Positions 1-8,556 of a DNA stretch of 20,000 nucleotides are shown here, piece by piece (within the stretch, counting starts at the first letter, position 1; each line of letters opens with the position of its first letter). Location of the stretch: IMG/VR virus record IMGVR_UViG_3300024358_000470; one strand, given 5' to 3'. The position numbers and the translations under genes were made by a program. The stretch is from an uncultured virus (IMG/VR IMGVR_UViG_3300024358_000470). Taxonomy: Duplodnaviria; Heunggongvirae; Uroviricota; Caudoviricetes. The notes beneath the pieces are model-generated. The model saw only the letters and a list, made by a program, of their open reading frames with translations. It did not search any database and was not told where the DNA came from.

Positions 1-28
1 ACTTTCTGATAAACTGAAAGTGTGATAA

Positions 29-1321
<1,293 letters not shown>

Positions 1322-1323
1322 AC

Positions 1324-1368
1324 CTTAACCTTCTCTTAGTGGACTTTAATTTTCATTTCCTTTAGAAT
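1324..1368 (+). promoter_or_regulatory. Pho-box-like repeats overlapping a sigma70-type promoter for pstS
   Basis: CTTAACCT (1324), CTTAGTGG (1335), TTTAATTT (1345) resemble the cyanobacterial PyTTAAPyPy(T/A) Pho box; TGGACT (1340)-17 nt-TAGAAT (1363). Confidence 0.6.
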
Positions 1369-1391
1369 TTCTTTGTAGTTATTCACTTTTT

Positions 1392-2354
1392 ATGAAACTC
1401 AAAAACTTTATTTCTATTAGTCTTGCTCTTGCTCCTGCTGCTGCATTTGCTGGGACTACTTTGAACGGTGCAGGTGCCACCTTCCCAGCACCTCTTTATC
1501 AACGATGGTTCCAAGATTATGCACGAACTTCTGGGAGTAGGGTTAATTATCAGTCCGTTGGTTCTGGTGCTGGTGTTCGTCAATTCCTTGCGGGAACGGT
1601 TGATTTCGCAGCAAGTGACGAACCCATCAAACCCGCAGAAGCGGCAAAAGTGAAGCGTGGTGTTGTCCAGATCCCTATGATTGGTGGAACGATTGCTGTT
1701 GCTTACAACAATCCTAGTTGCACTCTGAAACTCACTCAAAAGCAAACTGTTGATATTTTTGCTGGTCGTATTAAAGACTGGAAGCAAGTCGGATGTGCTG
1801 CTGGTCCGATGAAAGTTGTTCATCGTTCTGATGGTTCTGGAACTACTTTTGCATTCACCAACTCTTTGGAAGCATTTGGTGGTTGGACTTATGGTGTAGG
1901 TAAGTCTATTAATTGGCCTACTGGTGTTGGTTCAAAAGGTAACGAAGGTGTTTCTGGTACTATCAAAAACACTCCTGGTGCTATTGGTTATGTGAATACT
2001 GGATTTGTTCGTGCCAACAAACTTAAAGCAGCAGTTATTCAAAACAAGGCAGGTAAGTTTGTCGGTCCTTCCGCTGTGACTGGTGCTGCTGCTCTGAATA
2101 GCATTACTCTGGATGCAAACCTTGCTGGCGAAAATCCCAATCCCTCTGGAACAAATGCATATCCAATTTCTACTCTGACTTGGATCCTTGCATATAAGAA
2201 AGGTAATGGTGCTAAGACTGATGATATCCGTGCTGCTCTGAACTATGCTTTGAGCACAAAAGCACAGATGATTGCTGATGATTTGGGTTATGTTCCTCTT
2301 GCAGGTTCGGTTCTCAACAAATCACGCATTGCTGTTGGGCGTATTGGTCAGTAA
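1392..2354 (+). CDS. pstS: Phosphate ABC transporter substrate-binding protein PstS
   Basis: Signal peptide, GAGATFPAPLY, YQSVGSGAG, DFAASD, HRSDGSGTT, YPISTLTW. Confidence 0.97.
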   Translation: MKLKNFISISLALAPAAAFAGTTLNGAGATFPAPLYQRWFQDYARTSGSRVNYQSVGSGAGVRQFLAGTVDFAASDEPIKPAEAAKVKRGVVQIPMIGGTIAVAYNNPSCTLKLTQKQTVDIFAGRIKDWKQVGCAAGPMKVVHRSDGSGTTFAFTNSLEAFGGWTYGVGKSINWPTGVGSKGNEGVSGTIKNTPGAIGYVNTGFVRANKLKAAVIQNKAGKFVGPSAVTGAAALNSITLDANLAGENPNPSGTNAYPISTLTWILAYKKGNGAKTDDIRAALNYALSTKAQMIADDLGYVPLAGSVLNKSRIAVGRIGQ

Positions 2355-2385
2355 TTCCTAACAAAACTAGGTATAAATGACTACG

Positions 2386-2412
2386 AGGGGTGCTTGACAC
2401 CCCTTTATTTTT
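2386..2412 (+). terminator. Terminator-like hairpin after pstS, overlapping the next -35 box
   Basis: AGGGGTG-CTTGA-CACCCCT then a T-rich tract. Confidence 0.55.
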
Positions 2413-2422
2413 GCTATATAAT
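2394..2422 (+). promoter_or_regulatory. Consensus sigma70-type promoter for the hli-petF cluster
   Basis: TTGACA (2394)-17 nt-TATAAT (2417). Confidence 0.8.
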
Positions 2423-2450
2423 TGTGTAACAATTCGTAATAAAACGAAAA

Positions 2451-2660
2451 ATGACTGTAACAAAAAACGAGTTTGGGCAAATGAATATGTTTGCCAAAGA
2501 ACCCGCGATGTATATGACCAAGGAAGACCTTGAGCGTTATGGCATCGAACCCTATGCAGAAAAAGCGGAGAAAATGAATGGACGCTGGGCTATGGTCGGC
2601 ATTGTTGCTGGCGCTATTTCTTATGCTCTCACTGGGCACCTCTTCTTTGGAGTAGTTTGA
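2451..2660 (+). CDS. hli: High-light-inducible protein
   Basis: AEKMNGRWAMVG chlorophyll-binding motif with one TM helix; N-terminal EFGQMNMFAKEP typical of long HLIPs. Confidence 0.93.
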   Translation: MTVTKNEFGQMNMFAKEPAMYMTKEDLERYGIEPYAEKAEKMNGRWAMVGIVAGAISYALTGHLFFGVV

Positions 2661-2669
2661 GACTTGACA

Positions 2670-2756
2670 ATGACTTCAACTATCTTTACAATAACATCAG
2701 TTGCCTTTTTTGTTTTACTGGCAGCATCCGTTGAAAAAATTTGCGAGACTTACTAA
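2670..2756 (+). CDS. Small single-TM hypothetical protein (28 aa, [28 protein letters not shown])
   Basis: Read by hand; fills the hli-petF gap, and its TAA overlaps the petF ATG (TAATG). Confidence 0.55.
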   Translation: MTSTIFTITSVAFFVLLAASVEKICETY

Positions 2757-3049
2757 TGACCGTTTTTAATGTCACTCTCCAATCCCCTGATGGCACCGAA
2801 ACTACTATCAAATGTCCTGATGACCAGTACATCCTTGAAGCAGCAGAAGAGGCAGGTGTTGACCTCCCTTCATCGTGTAAGGCAGGCGCTTGCTCTGCCT
2901 GTGCTGGCAAACTCATTTCTGGCACCGTTGACAACGAAGAACAATCGTTCCTTGATGATGATCAACAAGCAGAAGGTTGGGTTCTCACTTGCGTTGCTTA
3001 TCCCACAAGTGATTGTGTAATTCTTACTGAACAGGAAGAGAATCTGTGA
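2756..3049 (+). CDS. petF: Plant-type [2Fe-2S] ferredoxin
   Basis: [13 protein letters not shown]...[11 protein letters not shown] at 2756 preferred over TTG at 2741. Confidence 0.96.
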   Translation: MTVFNVTLQSPDGTETTIKCPDDQYILEAAEEAGVDLPSSCKAGACSACAGKLISGTVDNEEQSFLDDDQQAEGWVLTCVAYPTSDCVILTEQEENL

Positions 3050-3324
3050 GCACTGCTGGTATGCTAGGGCAGTTCGCAATTGCCCTTCAAGAACTTGGGT
3101 GGAATGCTGATGATGAAATCTCGGTGGAGATTGGAGGAGTAGCAGTAACAGGAACTGCTACCAGTCCAAATGCAAATCCAAAATGGGCAAAACCATTTGG
3201 AACTGTATCCTACCAAAACGATGCTTTCATCGTAATTAAAAACAAATCGAGGAACCCAGTTGTTCCTTCACAACCAAATCCTGAACTTAAACAACACCAC
3301 CTTTATCAAGGAGAAAACAAATGA
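3046..3324 (+). CDS. Hypothetical protein (92 aa)
   Basis: ORF overlaps the petF stop (GTGA) and the next ATG (ATGA); no recognisable motif. Confidence 0.7.
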   Translation: MSTAGMLGQFAIALQELGWNADDEISVEIGGVAVTGTATSPNANPKWAKPFGTVSYQNDAFIVIKNKSRNPVVPSQPNPELKQHHLYQGENK

Positions 3325-3440
3325 AAAATCTTTTTACTGAAAAAGCTGAGCGTATTAATGGTTGGTTTGCAATGATTGGTTTTGTTGCAGCCGCTGGTTC
3401 TTATCTTACTACCGGTCAAATTATCCCCGGTGTGTTTTGA
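3321..3440 (+). CDS. hli: High-light-inducible protein (39 aa), absent from the ORF track
   Basis: [39 protein letters not shown]; AExxNGxxAMIGF and TGQIIPG motifs; AGGAG RBS. Confidence 0.93.
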   Translation: MKNLFTEKAERINGWFAMIGFVAAAGSYLTTGQIIPGVF

Positions 3441-3451
3441 TAGAGGTCAAA

Positions 3452-3979
3452 ATGCGTAAAGAGCAATATCAAGTTCCACAAGTACAATTTGTATTCCGTG
3501 AGAATAGTGAGTTTGTAAATCGTACATCCGCAGAACTATTCAATGGAAAGCGTGTGGTCATTTTTAGCCTGCCTGGTGCTTTCACTCCTACTTGCAGTGC
3601 CTATCAGCTACCTGGATTCGAAGAGAAATACGACGACTTTATTGGTAGTGGCATCGACGCTATTTACTGCATCTCTGTTAATGATGGGTTTGTGATGAAT
3701 GCCTGGGCACAAGACCAGAACATTGAGAAAGTAAAACTCATTCCAGATGGAAATGCATATTTCACACGCTCTATGGGAATGCTTGTTAGTAAGTCCAACC
3801 TTGGTTTCGGTGATCGCTCTTGGCGTTATGCTGCAGTCGTGGATAACGGAATCATCGAGAAACTGTTTGTTGAACCAGGACAGCGCGATAATGCCCCTGA
3901 AGATCCTTATGTTGAGACTACTCCAGAAAATGTTTTTGAATATGTAAAATCTACGGTTCGAGAAACTGTTACTGCCTGA
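3452..3979 (+). CDS. Peroxiredoxin (Prx5/type II, redoxin family)
   Basis: LPGAFTPTCS, SVNDGFVMNAW, DGN..FT..MGM, RSWRYA; start moved to ATG 3452 with GAGG RBS. Confidence 0.93.
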   Translation: MRKEQYQVPQVQFVFRENSEFVNRTSAELFNGKRVVIFSLPGAFTPTCSAYQLPGFEEKYDDFIGSGIDAIYCISVNDGFVMNAWAQDQNIEKVKLIPDGNAYFTRSMGMLVSKSNLGFGDRSWRYAAVVDNGIIEKLFVEPGQRDNAPEDPYVETTPENVFEYVKSTVRETVTA

Positions 3980-3987
3980 AGATAATC

Positions 3988-4012
3988 AAGCGCCCAAAAA
4001 GGCGCTTTTTTT
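3988..4012 (+). terminator. Rho-independent terminator
   Basis: AAGCGCC-CAAAAA-GGCGCTT plus T-run. Confidence 0.8.
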
Positions 4013-4019
4013 ATAAATA
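4012..4019 (+). promoter_or_regulatory. T4-type late promoter
   Basis: TATAAATA 25 nt upstream of the peptidase ATG. Confidence 0.75.
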
Positions 4020-4044
4020 TCTTCAGTGTTTATAGAGATAATCC

Positions 4045-4716
4045 ATGACCCTAGATCTTCATAACTTTTTTAAGTTTTATGATGATAGCAATTCAAATCA
4101 TGTTGCAGCGGTTCAGTGGTTAGAAGATAATCTTCCTCCCCAATTTTTAGACGATGCGGAGACAGATTGGATTGGAATTTTTAGAACCAAACCCCCTACA
4201 CCAGCGGTTCTAAACGTTCCATATTTCAATCAAGTAGATAACTACAGAGATGCACATAGAACTTGCAACTCTTCATCGTGCGCTATGTGTCTTGCGTTCC
4301 TCAAGCCAGGAAGCATTAAAGGTGACGATGAATACGTCAAGAAAGTATTTGCGATTGGTGATACAACGGACCATGCCGTACAGACGAAGGTTCTGGCAGG
4401 TTATGGCGTTAAGTCACACTTTAGTTACAATCTATCTTTTGCTGATATTGATAAAAGTTTGGACGCTGGGAAGCCCGTTGTTATTGGCATACTCCATAGG
4501 GGTTCTCTTTCTGCACCTACTGGTGGGCACATGTGCGTTGTAATTGGTAAGACTCCAGACGGAAAAGGATATTACGTTAATGACCCATATGGATCATTGA
4601 ATGATAACTATACTGGTCCTGTAACTAACGGTAAGAAAACAATCTATACCAAAGCAGTTCTTAAGCACCGTTGGTGTCCAGGAGGCAATGATGGGTGGGG
4701 CAGAATCTTCGATTAG
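4045..4716 (+). CDS. Peptidase C39-like cysteine peptidase with an N-terminal accessory domain
   Basis: VPYFNQ..CNSSSCAM (Cys), GGHMCVVIG (His), YYVNDP (Asp). Confidence 0.8.
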   Translation: MTLDLHNFFKFYDDSNSNHVAAVQWLEDNLPPQFLDDAETDWIGIFRTKPPTPAVLNVPYFNQVDNYRDAHRTCNSSSCAMCLAFLKPGSIKGDDEYVKKVFAIGDTTDHAVQTKVLAGYGVKSHFSYNLSFADIDKSLDAGKPVVIGILHRGSLSAPTGGHMCVVIGKTPDGKGYYVNDPYGSLNDNYTGPVTNGKKTIYTKAVLKHRWCPGGNDGWGRIFD

Positions 4717-4729
4717 ATTTAAGGCAAAA

Positions 4730-4837
4730 ATGCTTAAAGTGATCAAAGAACTTACAAATCATGGAAAGCACGTAGAAGCAAACGAACTTTATCAACGGTA
4801 TTTCGGAGAAAACAATGGCAAGAATCGATTTACATAA
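4730..4837 (+). CDS. Possible small protein (35 aa, MLKVIKELTNHGKHVEANELYQRYFGENNGKNRFT)
   Basis: Open frame filling the gap; overlaps the lysozyme start by 23 nt. Confidence 0.3.
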   Translation: MLKVIKELTNHGKHVEANELYQRYFGENNGKNRFT

Positions 4838-5483
4838 CTTCTTCAAGTTTTATGACGAGAAGAACCCCAACCACGTTAAAGCAGTGCAGTGGTTGGAAGA
4901 TAACCTCCCAGTCAAATATCTAGAAGATAATATTGATTGGGCGGAGATTTATAGAGGAAAAAAGACTAGTGCTGCACCAGCAACCACTGCTGCTGCAGCT
5001 CCTGTAACAGGTGGTGATGATGTTCCTCAAATGGGCATCAAGTTAATCAAAGAGTTTGAGGGATGTCATCTGAAGGCATACCCAGACCCCTTGACTGGTG
5101 GACTTCCAATCACTATTGGTTGGGGATCTACTCGCAAGAAGGATGGATCACCCTTCAAAATGGGTGATACCCTAACACAGGCAGAAGCAGATGAACTTCT
5201 TATCGAACAATGTAAGAAAGAGTTCCTTCCTGCTCTGCGTAAAATCCCTCATTGGAATGAAATGTCAGATGGAAAAAGAGGCGCTCTGCTCAGCTTTGCT
5301 TATAATCTTGGTGCCGGTTTTTACGGTGGCGATAACTTTAATACTATTACTAAACGCTTGAAAAATAAGGAGTGGGATTTAGTTCCTGATGCTCTTTATC
5401 TCTATCGCAATCCTGGTTCTAATGTAGAAGCAGGACTTGCACGTAGAAGAAAAGCAGAGGGTGAATCCTGGAAGAAGGGATAA
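4815..5483 (+). CDS. Phage lysozyme / endolysin (GH24)
   Basis: LIKEFEGCHLKAYPD..TIGWG catalytic E/D/T motif, ALLSFAYNLG, GLARRRKAE. Confidence 0.92.
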   Translation: MARIDLHNFFKFYDEKNPNHVKAVQWLEDNLPVKYLEDNIDWAEIYRGKKTSAAPATTAAAAPVTGGDDVPQMGIKLIKEFEGCHLKAYPDPLTGGLPITIGWGSTRKKDGSPFKMGDTLTQAEADELLIEQCKKEFLPALRKIPHWNEMSDGKRGALLSFAYNLGAGFYGGDNFNTITKRLKNKEWDLVPDALYLYRNPGSNVEAGLARRRKAEGESWKKG

Positions 5484-5486
5484 ATA
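5480..5486 (+). promoter_or_regulatory. Late-promoter-like element
   Basis: ATAAATA overlapping the lysozyme stop, ahead of a 145-nt intergenic leader. Confidence 0.5.
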
Positions 5487-5501
5487 GTTACAATCATAAC
5501 T

Positions 5502-5631
5502 GATTCTTGATCTTAAATGGTCTGAATCTACATAGTCCGAATCCTCTGTGATTCGGTGATTACTTTACTTTTAAACATAACTTCGGTTTGTTTTGTTTAG
5601 TACACACTGAACTCACAGAGGACTTTCTATG
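5502..5631 (+). promoter_or_regulatory. Structured 5' leader RNA with anti-Shine-Dalgarno pairing
   Basis: Three hairpins (one with a cUUCGg tetraloop) and a 10-bp complement TCCTCTGTGA/TCACAGAGGA covering the RBS. Confidence 0.55.
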
Positions 5632-7755
5632 TCTTACGCTACAAGGGCGCTTGCTGTAGCGTCTGCTCTTTTAATGGGGGCATCAACAGCAGCATTAGCA
5701 GAAACAATATCTGGAACAGATTTCGAGACTGGAGATACTTCAGGATGGAATACTGGAACTCAAACAGGAACATTAGATGCCACAATCGACGGAGGAGGAA
5801 CTGGTGTTAGTGTCGTAGATAATCCAGTTATCTTTAATGCCGGTTCTTTCCCAGCACAAGGAAGTCCAACATTACAAGATGGTTCTCCTAATCCATATTA
5901 CGCACCCGCAGTAACACCAACCACTTGGGAGTTTGCTCCTTACGGAACCGCAGGTGCAGCACTACAACCAAATGGACAGCAAACATTCGACCAGGCAACA
6001 GAAGCACTTGGTTTAACCGCAGAACAAAATCAAGCAATAAGAGACCTTCTTATTCAACAGCAACAAGCATCTGGACTTGGAAATCCAAATCCTACTGATG
6101 CTGCTTGGATTACAAAATCAGTCACTTTGGAGACTGGAAAAGTTTATACAATGTCTTGGAACTACATTGGAACGGACTATGTTCCTTTCAATGATGGTTC
6201 TATTACTTCACTTGTTTATCAAGGAACTGGAACTTCTCCATCAGTAACAGTTAATAACCAACTTCAAAACTATGCATTACTTGGATTTACTAATCCAGGA
6301 ACTGGTGATTATTCAACAGGTTCTTTTGGTTCTACTGGATGGCAGTATTCAACTTATCAAGTAGGTGCTAATGGTGATTATCTCTTGGGATTTGCAGTAT
6401 TCAACCTTGGAGATACCGCACTATCACCAGTTCTTTTAGTTGATAGTCAACCTGGAACTACAACAGCAAATGGTGAAGAATTCACTCCTGTTGCTCCAAA
6501 TAATCCAGATGCTCCATCTGTTGATGAGGTAGCACCAACTCCAACTCCTACACCAGAGCCAACTCCTGAACCTACACCAGAGCCAACTCCCGAACCAACT
6601 CCTGAACCTACACCAGAGCCAACTCCCGAACCAACTCCTGAACCTACACCAGAACCAGAACCAACACCAGAGCCAACTCCTGAACCCACTCCTGCTCCTG
6701 CTCCTGAACCTACACCAGAGCCAACTCCTGAACCACAACCACCAACATTATTAAACTCTGTGACTGTTCCTGCACCAGGACTTCCAGTTGTTGTTACCAC
6801 AGAAGTAACTCATAAGGCATCTGAGAAGGATGGAGTTCAAAAGATTAGAAGAGACTTTGCAACCACAACTCAAACTCCTTTATTAAGACAGGATACTTAT
6901 AGTGATGGAACCGTTGTAGCATCATTACTTCTTTCTGTTGATATTGAAAATAATCATGATGTTCTTTCTGGACGCACTGACCAGCATGAAGTTTTAGATA
7001 AGATTGGTGGTGGATTACAAAATCTGTTTATTTACGAACCAACTGAACCAACCACAGACAGAGTAAGAGTATTCAATAACAACTATTATGCCTGGTCTTC
7101 TGGTGATTATGGATACAATGGTAAGACTTTAATCATTGGTGGTGGATTAGAGATTGATATTAAACCAACCTGGACTATAGGTGGTCAATATAATAATATG
7201 AACATTGATTTGGGTGGTGTTGATAGTACTTCTAAACTCCTCAAAAATCATTATGGAATATTCAATATGTTCCGTGGAAATACATTCTCACTCTTAACAA
7301 ATGCTGGATACTCCCAGAACAAATATAATGTATCCAGAAATGTTCAGAGTGTCTTCAATAATGAAAGTTCAACAGAAGGAAAAGAGTGGTTTGTAAATAA
7401 CAGACTATTCTGGCATCTCAATAAGAATGTAACTCCATTTGTTGGATACACTGTTGGTAACTATCAGAGAGATGGATTTACTGAGAAAGGTTCTATTCAA
7501 TCCAGAAGAACTGTTGATGCTATAAACAAAACTTCACATTCTGGTGAGGTAGGTCTAAATATTTCACACCGTTTTGGTGGAAAGAAAAAGGATTTATTTG
7601 GAGTAACTATTGGTGGTTCTTATGAAACCAGTGGAATGATTGAAGCATCTGCTTCTGTTGATTATAAGGAAATGGTTATTATTGAAGGAATACATCAAAT
7701 TAATGATGGAGTTTCTAACACAGCAGTATCTGCAAAACTTAAATTTAAGTTCTGA
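5629..7755 (+). CDS. Autotransporter-like outer-membrane protein: signal peptide, beta-rich N-terminal domain, Pro-Thr-Pro-Glu linker, C-terminal beta-barrel
   Basis: Sec signal ending ALA-E; (PTPE)n linker; C-terminal ~250 aa of amphipathic strands (e.g. VTPFVGYT..YQRDGFTEKG) ending in KLKFKF. Confidence 0.7.
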   Translation: MSYATRALAVASALLMGASTAALAETISGTDFETGDTSGWNTGTQTGTLDATIDGGGTGVSVVDNPVIFNAGSFPAQGSPTLQDGSPNPYYAPAVTPTTWEFAPYGTAGAALQPNGQQTFDQATEALGLTAEQNQAIRDLLIQQQQASGLGNPNPTDAAWITKSVTLETGKVYTMSWNYIGTDYVPFNDGSITSLVYQGTGTSPSVTVNNQLQNYALLGFTNPGTGDYSTGSFGSTGWQYSTYQVGANGDYLLGFAVFNLGDTALSPVLLVDSQPGTTTANGEEFTPVAPNNPDAPSVDEVAPTPTPTPEPTPEPTPEPTPEPTPEPTPEPTPEPTPEPTPEPEPTPEPTPEPTPAPAPEPTPEPTPEPQPPTLLNSVTVPAPGLPVVVTTEVTHKASEKDGVQKIRRDFATTTQTPLLRQDTYSDGTVVASLLLSVDIENNHDVLSGRTDQHEVLDKIGGGLQNLFIYEPTEPTTDRVRVFNNNYYAWSSGDYGYNGKTLIIGGGLEIDIKPTWTIGGQYNNMNIDLGGVDSTSKLLKNHYGIFNMFRGNTFSLLTNAGYSQNKYNVSRNVQSVFNNESSTEGKEWFVNNRLFWHLNKNVTPFVGYTVGNYQRDGFTEKGSIQSRRTVDAINKTSHSGEVGLNISHRFGGKKKDLFGVTIGGSYETSGMIEASASVDYKEMVIIEGIHQINDGVSNTAVSAKLKFKF
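6535..6743 (+). repeat. Tandem 12-bp-unit coding repeat (PTPE/PEPT linker)
   Basis: Recurrent CCAACTCCTGAA / CCTACACCAGAG units. Confidence 0.95.
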
Positions 7756-7791
7756 AATCCTAAATAACAAAGACACTTCATCAAAAGACTG

Positions 7792-8136
7792 ATGGATAAT
7801 CCAAATAAAAGAGAAAAGTGTATGAGTACTGTTATTCGTATAGCGATTTTGGGTTGGTCCGCTGCTCTTCTTACTGCCAGTTATGCTGGGGCTCTATCTA
7901 AGATGGATCCTACTTTTATTGCTACTGTATTCACAGCATCTGCTGCAACTTTCGGTATTAATACAATGAAGAAGGGTGGCGATGAAGATGAGAAGAAAGA
8001 AGAACCACGCAGAGAAGTTGTAGTAGAACCTACTCCAGAACCACCAGCACCAGAAGTTGCTGCTGAACCAACTCTTGAAGAAAGAGTTGAAGCACTTGAA
8101 GAAGGTCAAGTACAACCTCGCACAGGTGGCGCATAA
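7792..8136 (+). CDS. Two-TM membrane protein with an acidic tail (holin-like candidate); start may be ATG 7822
   Basis: Two hydrophobic segments, then a charged Glu/Pro-rich C-terminus; CTAAATA late-like element near 7760. Confidence 0.7.
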   Translation: MDNPNKREKCMSTVIRIAILGWSAALLTASYAGALSKMDPTFIATVFTASAATFGINTMKKGGDEDEKKEEPRREVVVEPTPEPPAPEVAAEPTLEERVEALEEGQVQPRTGGA

Positions 8137-8252
8137 TGGCAAAGTCAGCAAACAAAGGTAAGAAAGGTTCGGCAGGTTCTGCTAATAACAAAAAGCAGAA
8201 TTCTGGCAATGCGAACGCCAAAAAGGCAAAGAATGGTGGAAAGAAAAAATGA
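8136..8252 (+). CDS. Small Lys-rich basic protein (38 aa)
   Basis: MAKSANKGKKGSAGSANNKKQNSGNANAKKAKNGGKKK; TAATG and ATGA coupling on both sides. Confidence 0.65.
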   Translation: MAKSANKGKKGSAGSANNKKQNSGNANAKKAKNGGKKK

Positions 8253-8428
8253 TTGAATTTGTTACTTTGGTGGTTGTTGGTCATGTGTTAGTTGGACCTA
8301 ACTTATGTCAAACTGATTTTTTAAGTGATAATCAAATTTACACATTTATATACCAATGCCAAGAGAATGGAACACTCCAAAACGAGAGTGTTGGAATGCT
8401 CCCATCCACCAAATACTCAAAGCTATAG
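8249..8428 (+). CDS. Hypothetical protein (59 aa) with a hydrophobic N-terminus
   Basis: MIEFVTLVVVGHVLVGPNLCQTDF...; ATGA overlap with the upstream ORF. Confidence 0.45.
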   Translation: MIEFVTLVVVGHVLVGPNLCQTDFLSDNQIYTFIYQCQENGTLQNESVGMLPSTKYSKL

Positions 8429-8556
8429 ATAATCACACCCGTCTTCATATGGAGACGGGTGATTTTTGGCATGAAGAACAGGCCCAGATCTTGAGAAAAT
8501 ATGTCAAAGATTTGAAAATCTGGATTCATAAACAAGAAGGATGGTGGGATGAATGA
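8356..8556 (+). CDS. Hypothetical phage protein (66 aa)
   Basis: ORF coupled to the next gene by an ATGA overlap. Confidence 0.7.
   Translation: MPREWNTPKRECWNAPIHQILKAIDNHTRLHMETGDFWHEEQAQILRKYVKDLKIWIHKQEGWWDE

Noticed and set aside
3362..3451. N-terminal extension of the peroxiredoxin shown in the ORF track
   Set aside because: Overlaps the real hli gene in another frame; ATG 3452 has its own RBS.
6535..6743. Tandem repeats as a possible CRISPR array
   Set aside because: 12-bp in-frame coding units with no unique spacers and no cas genes.
6436..6800. Minus-strand ORFs with (GSGV)n and (WFRSWL)n repeats
   Set aside because: Antisense shadows of the PTPE linker repeat.
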